From assembly GCA_027345195.1 (NCBI GenBank), contig DAHWIJ010000015.1:64375-128374 (forward strand): a stretch of DNA of 64,000 nucleotides, in the 5' to 3' direction. Below, piece after piece: positions 55,941 through 64,000 of the stretch. The stretch comes from Thermoplasmatales archaeon (GTDB taxonomy: Archaea > Thermoplasmatota > Thermoplasmata > Thermoplasmatales > GCA-001856825). A program made the position numbers and the translations under genes. The stretch's first letter is position 1, and the number at the start of each line of letters is the position of its first letter. Below the pieces are notes generated by a model. The model saw only the letters and a list, made by a program, of their open reading frames with translations. It was not told where the DNA came from and ran no database searches.

Positions 55941-55994
55941 TTGGAACTTCTGTGGAGAGTAGAAAATTAATTATAAATCCTATTATGTCGGAGC

Positions 55995-56927
55995 ATGGAA
56001 TACACTAATCTCGGAAAATCTGACCTAAGGGTTTCAGTTATAGGATTAGGGGCTTGGCAAGCGGGCGCCAAGGGTTGGGGGAAAATCGTAGACTCTGACG
56101 TTAAAAATGCAATACTCACATCAATAGAGATGGGGCTCAATTTCATCGACACAGCTGAAGTTTATGGTGATGGTCATTCAGAATCGGTCATTGGAGAGGT
56201 AATTAAGGACATCAGAGACGACATAATAATTGCGACGAAGGCATCAGGAAATCACCTAAAGCCGGAATATCTGGAGAGGGCGTTGGAAGGGAGCCTCAAG
56301 AGGCTGAATACCAATTATATCGACCTCTACCAGATTCACTGGCCTGATATATACACCTCCCTCAGGGATACGATGAAAACTCTTGAAAGGATGGCTAACG
56401 ACGGCAAAATCAGGTACATTGGACTTTCGAATTTCAGCATATGCCAGATTGAGGAGGCAAGATCCTACCTTTCGAATATGGACATAGTGTCCAACCAGGT
56501 AAGATACAATATCCTTCAGAGGGAAATAGAGGAAGAAATGCTACCGTATCTTAACAAGGAGAAGATTAGCGTTATAGCATATTCACCACTGGCACAGGGG
56601 TTGCTCACCTTCAAGTATGACCACGCAAATCTAGAACCCACTGATGTGAGGAAAAACAACAAACTGTTCAATGAACAGAACATACAGGTGATTTCATCGT
56701 TCCTTTCAGTTCTTAGAGACATATCTCTCGAAACAGGGCATTCGGTAGTTCAGTTGGCTTTAAACTGGCTTATCTCGAGAGGAAACGTGATTCCCATCCC
56801 CGGAGCAAAGAACAGGGACCAGGCAACCATAAACCTACAGTCCAACGGATGGAGACTGACAGCCGAGCAGAGCAAGAGGATTGAGGACCAGTACAGGCTA
56901 ATAAAGGATAAACTTGATACATTCTGA
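55995..56927 (+). CDS. Aldo/keto reductase
   Basis: FIDTAEVYG, LYQIHWPD and IGLSNF motifs. Confidence 0.93.
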   Translation: MEYTNLGKSDLRVSVIGLGAWQAGAKGWGKIVDSDVKNAILTSIEMGLNFIDTAEVYGDGHSESVIGEVIKDIRDDIIIATKASGNHLKPEYLERALEGSLKRLNTNYIDLYQIHWPDIYTSLRDTMKTLERMANDGKIRYIGLSNFSICQIEEARSYLSNMDIVSNQVRYNILQREIEEEMLPYLNKEKISVIAYSPLAQGLLTFKYDHANLEPTDVRKNNKLFNEQNIQVISSFLSVLRDISLETGHSVVQLALNWLISRGNVIPIPGAKNRDQATINLQSNGWRLTAEQSKRIEDQYRLIKDKLDTF

Positions 56928-56971
56928 AAGCTCAGGGGATTGGCCCAGCGGCCACCCATTGGTCCTTTAAC

Positions 56972-57481
56972 TCAGTCCTTGATCCTGTGAATCAGCTCAA
57001 CACTTTCCCCGAACAGCATCTTCTTGAAATCGCTTGAAACGTCGTACTGTCGGGTCACAATTTCACTCTCAATAAGCATCAATTCAGAAAGCTCATCCGG
57101 GTATCCTTCCGAGAAGATGATCTCCTTAATTCCCGCATTGATGATCATTTTAGAACAATCGGAGCAGGGATGGGTCGTCACGTATATGATACTCCCGTTT
57201 ATTGCTGTCCCGTTGTAGGCTGCCTGTATTATTGCATTCTGTTCGGCGTGAAGGCCCCTGCAGAGTTCTCTCCTCTCCCCTGGCTTAACGTTGAGCTGCT
57301 CCCTAAGGCATCCTAGCTCATCGCAGTGGAGCGCCCCTCTTGGAGGCCCGTTGTAGCCTGTAGCCATGATCCTCTTCTCCTTTACGATGACCGCACCAAC
57401 CTTCCTTCTAACACAATTAGACCTAGTGGCGGCCATGAACGCCATCCTCATGAAGTACTCGTCCCAGGACGGTCTTTCCAT
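56972..57481 (-). CDS. dCMP deaminase (cytidine/deoxycytidylate deaminase family)
   Basis: WDEYFM, Zn motifs HAEQNAI and PCSDCSKMI. The start is chosen at [10 protein letters not shown] (57481) rather than the longer ORF start at 57595. Confidence 0.9.
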   Translation of the reverse strand: MERPSWDEYFMRMAFMAATRSNCVRRKVGAVIVKEKRIMATGYNGPPRGALHCDELGCLREQLNVKPGERRELCRGLHAEQNAIIQAAYNGTAINGSIIYVTTHPCSDCSKMIINAGIKEIIFSEGYPDELSELMLIESEIVTRQYDVSSDFKKMLFGESVELIHRIKD

Positions 57482-57704
57482 CTTACTTTCATGCTTGTCT
57501 TGTAAAAAAGGGTTTAGGTAGGTCGTCCGTTGATCTGAAAATCTGGTAATCCTACCAAAAGGACATTGATCTCGATCATCTACCGACCTATTCATTTCTG
57601 GAATGGTAAGGCAAAATTGAATTTCAGAAAAGGCACGGAACCGCTTCCTGATTTCTTCGACCCTCGCTACGCAATATTTTTATGACTCCTTGGATTATAA
57701 CAGT

Positions 57705-57890
57705 ATGGCGAAATACACATTCAAGTGTGCAGACATTGGGATGAACTGTGGCTTTGAAACAAAAGCATCCACCAAGGAAGAGCTGATGCCCCTAATAGCC
57801 AATCACGCCAAGACTGCTCACAATATGAATGAGATACCTCCGGATGTGATGCAAAAGGTCAATGCGGCCATAAAGAAAAAAATGTTCTGA
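57705..57890 (+). CDS. DUF1059 small protein
   Basis: MAKYTFKCADIGMNCGFE...HAKTAH pattern. Confidence 0.8.
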   Translation: MAKYTFKCADIGMNCGFETKASTKEELMPLIANHAKTAHNMNEIPPDVMQKVNAAIKKKMF

Positions 57891-58175
57891 ATCTAGGACC
57901 ACAAAGCTATTAAAACGATATTAGACCGGGCGTTGTCATACCTTCACCTACAGTAGGGGCTATGAACACGAAGTTTTAACCGCGCTCTCCAGGTTTTAAT
58001 GTTTTACCTCTCGCAAGCGTACGCCCCTTGCGATATTAACCTGCAAGTTTTAAAGTGCGAAATGTTCTTTGAGTGAAATATGTTGTCTCGATTTGGAATC
58101 ATTTCTATGCATTAACCTTCATTTTTAGTTCTGGTGCGAACAGAATTATTTTCAGAGGATATTGAATTTATTGCC

Positions 58176-58640
58176 ATGGAACCAAGAATAGATTATACCA
58201 GATATTCTCCCGAAATGCTAAGAGCATTGCGGTCTCTCGAGAAGGCAATTTCCAGGTCCGGACTGAATAGCCGCTTGCTTCATTTGGTCAAAATGAGGGC
58301 TTCGCAGTTAAATGGATGTGGATGGTGCCTGGACATGCATTCAAAGGATTCTATACTTGAAGCAGAAACAGTGCAACGTTTGGTGCTCCTTGATGCCTGG
58401 TGGGAATGCCCCCAGTATACTGACAAGGAAAAGGCGGCACTGGCGTGGACTGAGAGGGTTACCAATATATCAGAATGGAGGGACGATGATGTGATCTATG
58501 CGAATCTACGAAAACATTTTTCACAGGAGCAGATAGTCAACCTAACTTGGGCCATCGTTGCAATAAATTCGTGGAATAGGCTTAATGTTGCACTAAAGAC
58601 TGTTCCTGGGACTTATGAACCTCCACAGCGGAAATCCTAG
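58176..58640 (+). CDS. Carboxymuconolactone decarboxylase/AhpD-like protein
   Basis: LVKMRASQLNGCGWCLDMH motif. The start is chosen at MEPRIDY. Confidence 0.85.
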   Translation: MEPRIDYTRYSPEMLRALRSLEKAISRSGLNSRLLHLVKMRASQLNGCGWCLDMHSKDSILEAETVQRLVLLDAWWECPQYTDKEKAALAWTERVTNISEWRDDDVIYANLRKHFSQEQIVNLTWAIVAINSWNRLNVALKTVPGTYEPPQRKS

Positions 58641-58719
58641 AATGCTGTATTGCAATAGTCAACCATTTGTAGCTTCCGGGGCAATCAAATATTTATCTTC
58701 CAGCTTTCAATAGAAACGC

Positions 58720-59049
58720 GTGACTGAACCTAAAGTAGATCAATCCTCTTGGAAACAAGTTTCTAATGCGATAGACGGTATATATCAACAGCTTGCAGTC
58801 AGTGAAAACAATGGAACGGTCAAATTCCTAAAATTTGGTCCTAATAAGGCATACCCTAAACATCATCACCCAGACAGGGTTGAGTGGTTGTATGTCCTTT
58901 CGGGTGGAATGACCGTTGAGATCGATGGAGAGGTGCGACGTATGGAGGAAGGGGAGTACGCATACTTCCCCATCAACAGCCAGCATTCTCTTGAGGCCGG
59001 TGGCAAGGGAGCAACAGTCGTAGTTGCTGCATTCATACAGAAAACGTGA
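58720..59049 (+). CDS. Cupin-domain protein
   Basis: HHHPDRVEWLYVLSG and a second His motif near NSQHSL. 109 aa. Confidence 0.75.
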   Translation: MTEPKVDQSSWKQVSNAIDGIYQQLAVSENNGTVKFLKFGPNKAYPKHHHPDRVEWLYVLSGGMTVEIDGEVRRMEEGEYAYFPINSQHSLEAGGKGATVVVAAFIQKT

Positions 59050-59591
59050 AATTCGTCTGATTGGAGCGGTACATTAGAGACCTACATCATTCAATACTGT
59101 TTGGTCAGTAGGAGCAAATCCAGCAATCCTCCCGTAATTGCTCTCCATTACAAATCAAAGTTAGGGCAACTTGGACTTAACTTAAAACATCTGAACCCGC
59201 TTTTAGAAGCAATAATGGAATTCCCGATGACACTTCAATTAAATTCAGTCAGTATTTTGAGAGATACACCTGATATCGAATATTTTTAGCTCAGTCATAA
59301 CTTGTCGCCCTCCCAACCTGGTAATGACATTGTATCGAATCTGGTATCAGAAATGTTGAATTCAGATTTTTTGGATGTTTCGTGCTAGATGTCTTGCAGA
59401 AACACCGAGAGACCAAGAGGAAAATGGGCGCATCAAGAAGGAGATTGAGTGATACAAGAAAATACGTCAATCAACAGCCGTCATTGAGGACGGAAAGAAC
59501 TAATTTAAGATGGAGCAGTATCCAATTAGCGGCCTCCATCCCAATTGAATTGCACATTAGACTAACCGGTTACGCCCAGACAAATGCTCAG

Positions 59592-59666
59592 TGCTCCGGC
59601 CGGGATTTGAACCCGGGTCGTGGGATTGAGAGCCCCATATGCTTGGCCGGTCTACACCACCGGAGC
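59592..59666 (-). tRNA. tRNA-Glu (anticodon CUC)
   Basis: Acceptor GCTCCGG/CCGGAGC, anticodon arm TGGGG-CTCTCAA-TCCCA, T arm CCGGG-TTCAAAT-CCCGG and discriminator A. CCA is not encoded. Confidence 0.9.
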
Positions 59667-59774
59667 TAAGCCTAATCCGATAAAAATATAAAATATCTCT
59701 CAAAGCTTTTCGAGCCTAATTTGCGTTTGTGGTTGTGCCTCCGATGCTCCATCTGCTCATTCCCCGTTGCAATC

Positions 59775-62114
59775 CTAAATTATGAACTCTATCTTCCCAT
59801 TCCTGACAAAGTAGTGATTCTGTACAGGGCTGTCCTCGTATATCTCTATCCCGCCGCTGGACACAGTGACTCTTGCTCCATTGGAATTTACCCTGAACTC
59901 CTTTATCTTGTCCCCTTTTCCCTTGAGGAACTCCATTATGGCAGCTTCATTCTTCTCATCGTCCTGGATATCCACCAGGACCTCCTTAACCCTCCTTGCC
60001 TGGCCAGGGTCCTGCTTAACATCAGGTTGTATCAGCGGCTCAGTAGTCGAAATAATTGCCGGGCTGATGAATACCCTCTCCATTGCTTCTCTCCTCTCCT
60101 TTTCGCCCTTCTCCCTCCACAGTCCCAAGGCCCTCTGGAATATCGATACGAGATCATCCCCCTTTTTGGCGCTTTTCTCATCCTTCAGGTCCTTTTCCGA
60201 TAAGACTATATGAAGTTCGCTCTTCGCGCGGGTGAAGGCGACATACATGATCCTGGATTCCTCGTTAAGAGAGAAGTTGTGTCTTTCGCTCTTCCCTATA
60301 ATGCGCCTGCTCGGCGAGTTTATGAAGTCTTTATCCTTCTTGGCAACTATGCCTGAATATTCATCAGCGTAATATTTTTCCCTGTCCACCCCGGGTCTTA
60401 AGTCGTATATTATGACGGTGTTGAATTCAAGTCCTTTTGCCTGGTGAATTGTCATGATTTTTACTCTTGACGGGTCTTCCAGAAGATCGTCAATGGGCCC
60501 GCTCTCCTTGCTTTCTCTAGCATTCTGCAGCCATTCTGCAACCAGGTAGGGATCACCACCATAGCCGGTGACGTGGGATGATATGAGTTCTAGTATCCTG
60601 TACAGCCTTCCCACCTTCTCTCGGCCGTCCTTCGATCCGAGAAGCGCTGAGACGTAACCCTCTTTCAGTAAAATCCTGTTGAGCAACATATCCAGTCTTT
60701 CCTTCTTAAGAAATTCTCTGTATTTCCCTAGTTTACTGTCAAGGAGCTCTCCAAACCTTTCCTTTGATCTCACCAGGTCTGACGGAGTCAGCGCGAAAAA
60801 TGGGGAGAAAAGAAGGGAGACCTGGGCAACCTTGTCCCCCGGGTCCGCCAGGTATCTCACGAGGGAGAAAACATCAAGGCCTTCCTGAGATTTCAGCACC
60901 GACTCTCCGGAAATGAGAACGCTGTTCACGCCTTCCTTCCTCATTTGCCTGTTGAGATTGAAAAAATCGGTGGATGTCCTGCTAAGGATCGCTATCCCTC
61001 CGGGCGTTTCCCCTTCCCTTATCTTCTTCTTTACTATTTCCACAACAGCACGCACCTTGTCTTCTTCAATGTAACAGTAGACCCCGCCATCCTGGTCGGA
61101 ATAACCGTCCATGGGCTCATATTCCATGATGGATGGGAAGTAGCTGTTGAAGAACCGTATCAGATTTCTTCCGCTTCTCCTGTTTACTTTCAAAGTGCTG
61201 TGATTTTCAAGTCTTTCGGAAAACCTCCTCTGAGCACCCGGGTGGGCCCCCCGGAACGAATAGATACTCTGGTTGAGGTCACCGACAACAAAAAATGTTG
61301 AACCGTTGTCCAGAAGCTGCTCGAAGATCGCTATCTGTAATTCGTCGGTGTCCTGGAATTCATCAACCAGTATGAACCTGAACTTCCTTGCAATCTCATC
61401 CCCCCTGACTTCTAGTATCTTGAGGGTGTAGAGGAGCAGATCATCAAAATCCATGAGCCTGCCCCTCTTCTTGACCTCCTGATATTCATTTAGGAAGGAA
61501 AAGAGGAGGGATAGCAGGTCAGGCAGCACGGAAATCCGTGTTTTTGACAAGACCTCTTTGAGTATATCCGGATCAAAGGATTCCCCATTGTATTCCGTGT
61601 GGAACCCTTTTTTGGTGGAGATCATATAGTTAAGGTATCCCTTCTGCTCAACAAGTATTTCCGTGCATTCCTTAATGACCTGTTCTAGGTCTGTTTCATA
61701 GCTCTCTAGGATCCTGCTGAGAATGAGCCCGTTCTCAGTAACTTTCTTCTCATTCCTTATGCGTATTACGTAATTCCTGACGCTCTTCTCAAGTAGGTTG
61801 AACGATTCCAGATCATCCATTACCCTGAAATACCACGGTATCCCGACCTCACTTCCGTATTTCCTCACAATTTTTGAACAGAAATTGTGAATAGTTCCGA
61901 CGTTCGAGTTTGGTAGTTTCCTGATCAGGTCAATTTGTCCGTCCTTAGAAGCCCTCTGTTTGAGCCTTCGAAGAAGTTCTTCTGAGGCACGGTCTGTGAA
62001 TGTGATTGCTACCACGCTTTCCACCCCTTCCGTTTGCATCAGCTCGTAGCATTTGTTAATGAGCGCTTCCGTCTTTCCAGACCCAGGTACGGCAGCCACA
62101 AAATCTCCGTTCAA
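59775..62114 (-). CDS. UvrD/Rep/AddA-like superfamily 1 helicase without a nuclease domain
   Basis: SF1 motifs AAVPGSGKT, ITFTDRA, TIHNFC, LVDEFQDT, VGDLNQSIYSFRGA, TIHQAKGLEF and YVAFTRAKSEL. The TTG start lies 1 nt after the upstream stop. Confidence 0.9.
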   Translation of the reverse strand: MNGDFVAAVPGSGKTEALINKCYELMQTEGVESVVAITFTDRASEELLRRLKQRASKDGQIDLIRKLPNSNVGTIHNFCSKIVRKYGSEVGIPWYFRVMDDLESFNLLEKSVRNYVIRIRNEKKVTENGLILSRILESYETDLEQVIKECTEILVEQKGYLNYMISTKKGFHTEYNGESFDPDILKEVLSKTRISVLPDLLSLLFSFLNEYQEVKKRGRLMDFDDLLLYTLKILEVRGDEIARKFRFILVDEFQDTDELQIAIFEQLLDNGSTFFVVGDLNQSIYSFRGAHPGAQRRFSERLENHSTLKVNRRSGRNLIRFFNSYFPSIMEYEPMDGYSDQDGGVYCYIEEDKVRAVVEIVKKKIREGETPGGIAILSRTSTDFFNLNRQMRKEGVNSVLISGESVLKSQEGLDVFSLVRYLADPGDKVAQVSLLFSPFFALTPSDLVRSKERFGELLDSKLGKYREFLKKERLDMLLNRILLKEGYVSALLGSKDGREKVGRLYRILELISSHVTGYGGDPYLVAEWLQNARESKESGPIDDLLEDPSRVKIMTIHQAKGLEFNTVIIYDLRPGVDREKYYADEYSGIVAKKDKDFINSPSRRIIGKSERHNFSLNEESRIMYVAFTRAKSELHIVLSEKDLKDEKSAKKGDDLVSIFQRALGLWREKGEKERREAMERVFISPAIISTTEPLIQPDVKQDPGQARRVKEVLVDIQDDEKNEAAIMEFLKGKGDKIKEFRVNSNGARVTVSSGGIEIYEDSPVQNHYFVRNGKIEFII

Positions 62115-62115
62115 C

Positions 62116-64000
62116 TTACCACCTCCTTTCCTGCACCCTGCAGACGCTCAACAGTGGGCAGAAGAGCTCGTTCTCACACTTCCAAAGGTTTCCACCTTCC
62201 TTTACAACCGGGTCTACATCTCCATTGACGAAGTCCTGAAGCACTGGGTTTATTATATCGATGCACTTCCTCACCTGAGCTTCCTCGTTGGGAATGGAAT
62301 TGAAAAATCCAGCTGTACTGAATCCATCGTTAGTATCCTTGAAGGAAACATAAGCTGCTGCCTTCACCTTCTTCTTGAGTACCGCCTCCACTCCAAGCTT
62401 GTAAAAAAATAGCTGGACTTTATAGTGTTTCTCGTCGCAGAGATCATTCTTTGGATACCCGTACAGGGAACTCTTGTAGTCTATTATACAAAGACCCTCT
62501 CCCTGTTCATCCACCCTGTCCACGTATCCGCCTATGCTCATCCTTTCCCCTGAGAACTCATAGTATACCTGTTGTTCGTTGGTTGGAAAATGGAACTCCT
62601 TTTGAATAGTTCTTCTCCCGAGTTCGAGCGAGCGCTGGACATCCATCGAGAAGAACTTTACCAGTTTCCCGGTAGCGAGATACTTCTCCCTGTAGAACTT
62701 CAAAGCTTCTGTCCTAGATTCATACTTTTCCCTGGCTATCTCCCCCTTTATGTAGGAATCTGCCAGTTTTCTGAAACTTGCAGGTGGAAGGTCCGTGGAG
62801 TAGTACATCTCCAATATCCTGTGCGTCAGACTACCTGTAGTCCTTGGATCCAGGAATTCCCTCGGAGGGTCTATTTCGTCGACCCCCAGCAGACCATTCA
62901 CAAAACCTTTGAAATGGCACCCCGCGTAGTTTTCTATAAACGTCGGGTATATCGGCTTTTCCATCCTCTCCCTGATAATCGCCTTGTCGAGGAAATAATC
63001 TATTGAAATTTTTGAATCCCTGCCAAGTTCCCATTCCAGGAGAGGGTTTTGGGGTATGAAGATGGAATCCCTGGTCACTAATTCCCCCACCCCACTAATT
63101 TCATCGTAGAATGCAATAGGCTCCGTGTGGCCTAATTTTTCGTCCTGGAATGAGTAGGACAGCACCACCCTTTCAGATTGGGAAAGGAGTGTTTTGTATG
63201 CAAGGTCCATGAGATTCTCGAACCCGTCTTCAAGCTCTATCTTGGCGAGAAAGTCTCTCGCTTCCTGGGGGAATGACCTAAGGGAGGAAGCCGCGTCTAG
63301 GCCAACGATGAATAGATTGTCTAATGGGAGCCCAAGGAGGTCCAACGGCTTCCCAACAATCACTTCGAGGTCCCCCGATATATTCACCCTTGGAAGATAT
63401 TTCAAAGATTCCATGTCATTGATCAAACCCGATGCGTCGTTGGAATACCCCTCAAATGCCGAGAGGAGAATTCTTAGAATTTTTCCAGGATGATTCCCTT
63501 CACCAAGGTACTTGTCCAGGAATGCCATAAGGGATTTAATCCCCCCCTGATTTCCTATATCCCTTGACACTCCCTCCAGGTCCCTGAGAATGTCATCTCC
63601 GATCTTCAGTTCACGGAAAAGCGTCTCCCAGTCCCTCAGCCCCCTTGTGATGTTCTTTTCGTAGCAATGCTGCTTTATACGGTATAGCTTGGAGGGATCG
63701 ATGTTGGAATATGGATTCTCAAGTATTGAAATAACATGCTCAAAGGAGAAGTCTTCTTCGATACACCTTATAGCAGAGATGGCAAAGTTGTAAGGGGCAT
63801 CGTTCAAATAAATCTCCGAAACAGGTGAAGCTACGGAAGGGCGGACGCCGAACATTTCAAGTTCCTTAGCTATCCCGACTGCAAAGTAGTCATCAGGGAC
63901 AACTATCCCTTTTGTACCATCTGCTTCAAGGACTTCCCTTACGGTCCACCTAATTTCTGCCAGGTAATCTGAAAATCTTCTCTTTCTCACCTTTGCACTA
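62116..64000 (-). CDS. AddB-like PD-(D/E)XK (RecB-family) nuclease with a C-terminal Cys cluster, 5' end beyond the window
   Basis: GGYVDRVD, IIDYKS and QLFFY nuclease motifs. One upstream Cys (AGCHFKG) plus the C-terminal CENELFCPLLSVC. The frame remains open to position 64000. Confidence 0.75.
   Translation of the reverse strand, partial: SAKVRKRRFSDYLAEIRWTVREVLEADGTKGIVVPDDYFAVGIAKELEMFGVRPSVASPVSEIYLNDAPYNFAISAIRCIEEDFSFEHVISILENPYSNIDPSKLYRIKQHCYEKNITRGLRDWETLFRELKIGDDILRDLEGVSRDIGNQGGIKSLMAFLDKYLGEGNHPGKILRILLSAFEGYSNDASGLINDMESLKYLPRVNISGDLEVIVGKPLDLLGLPLDNLFIVGLDAASSLRSFPQEARDFLAKIELEDGFENLMDLAYKTLLSQSERVVLSYSFQDEKLGHTEPIAFYDEISGVGELVTRDSIFIPQNPLLEWELGRDSKISIDYFLDKAIIRERMEKPIYPTFIENYAGCHFKGFVNGLLGVDEIDPPREFLDPRTTGSLTHRILEMYYSTDLPPASFRKLADSYIKGEIAREKYESRTEALKFYREKYLATGKLVKFFSMDVQRSLELGRRTIQKEFHFPTNEQQVYYEFSGERMSIGGYVDRVDEQGEGLCIIDYKSSLYGYPKNDLCDEKHYKVQLFFYKLGVEAVLKKKVKAAAYVSFKDTNDGFSTAGFFNSIPNEEAQVRKCIDIINPVLQDFVNGDVDPVVKEGGNLWKCENELFCPLLSVCRVQERRW

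Noticed and set aside
57973-58053. Three or four GTTTTAA words and a CGCAAG...CTTGCG hairpin in the spacer upstream of the AhpD-like gene. Considered as a degenerate CRISPR or other repeat array.
   Set aside because: The repeat unit is only 7 nt, with irregular spacing (20, 8 and 46 nt), no longer conserved repeat and no cas genes. AT-rich heptamers recur by chance in promoter-like DNA.
59382-59669. A 95-aa plus-strand ORF reads antisense through the entire tRNA-Glu. I considered it as a split SSV-type integrase fragment (int gene partitioned at a tRNA att site).
   Set aside because: I could not recognise any tyrosine-recombinase motif (R...HxxR...Y). The ORF spans the whole tRNA rather than only its 3' half. 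tRNA genes are GC-rich and naturally free of stop codons. Most likely spurious.
59721-60213. Plus-strand ORFs of 160 and 115 aa at the 3' end of the helicase gene.
   Set aside because: They are antisense to the SF1 helicase, which has conserved motifs VI and the C-terminal region there. I recognised no motifs in them.

Overview
Dense, mostly housekeeping segment of an archaeal chromosome. All calls come from reading motifs by eye; no searches were run. The gene content is archaeal: MCM, the PolD large subunit, PCNA, RNase HII, two Orc1/Cdc6 paralogs, the Spt4-RpoE'-S24e-S27ae cluster and an intron-containing tRNA-Tyr. A thermopsin-like protease, an H+-pyrophosphatase and a TPP riboswitch on a thiamine ABC transporter suggest a Thermoplasmata-like acidophile. 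I call about 70 protein genes, 3 tRNAs (Gly-UCC, Tyr-GUA with a 29-nt intron, Glu-CUC) and one riboswitch. I saw no rRNA, CRISPR array, transposase or integrase. Five things deserve a second look. (1) At the right edge, an AddB-like PD-(D/E)XK/Cys-cluster nuclease is tightly coupled to a UvrD/AddA-like helicase that has no nuclease domain; this is a bacterial-type end-processing or defence pair in an archaeon, next to tRNA-Glu. (2) An apparently AT-rich islet abuts the 3' end of tRNA-Gly and carries an orphan Dam-type methyltransferase, a compact Dcd/Dut-fold protein and a 354-aa ORFan. (3) A 183-aa FtsZ-like protein keeps only a degenerate GTPase domain. (4) A regulator, an SDR and a QueA-like gene form a cassette in a lineage not expected to make queuosine. 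(5) A roadblock/LC7 gene is translationally coupled to a degenerate PGI/PMI-like SIS protein. One real gene, ribosomal protein S27ae (54 aa), is missing from the supplied ORF track.
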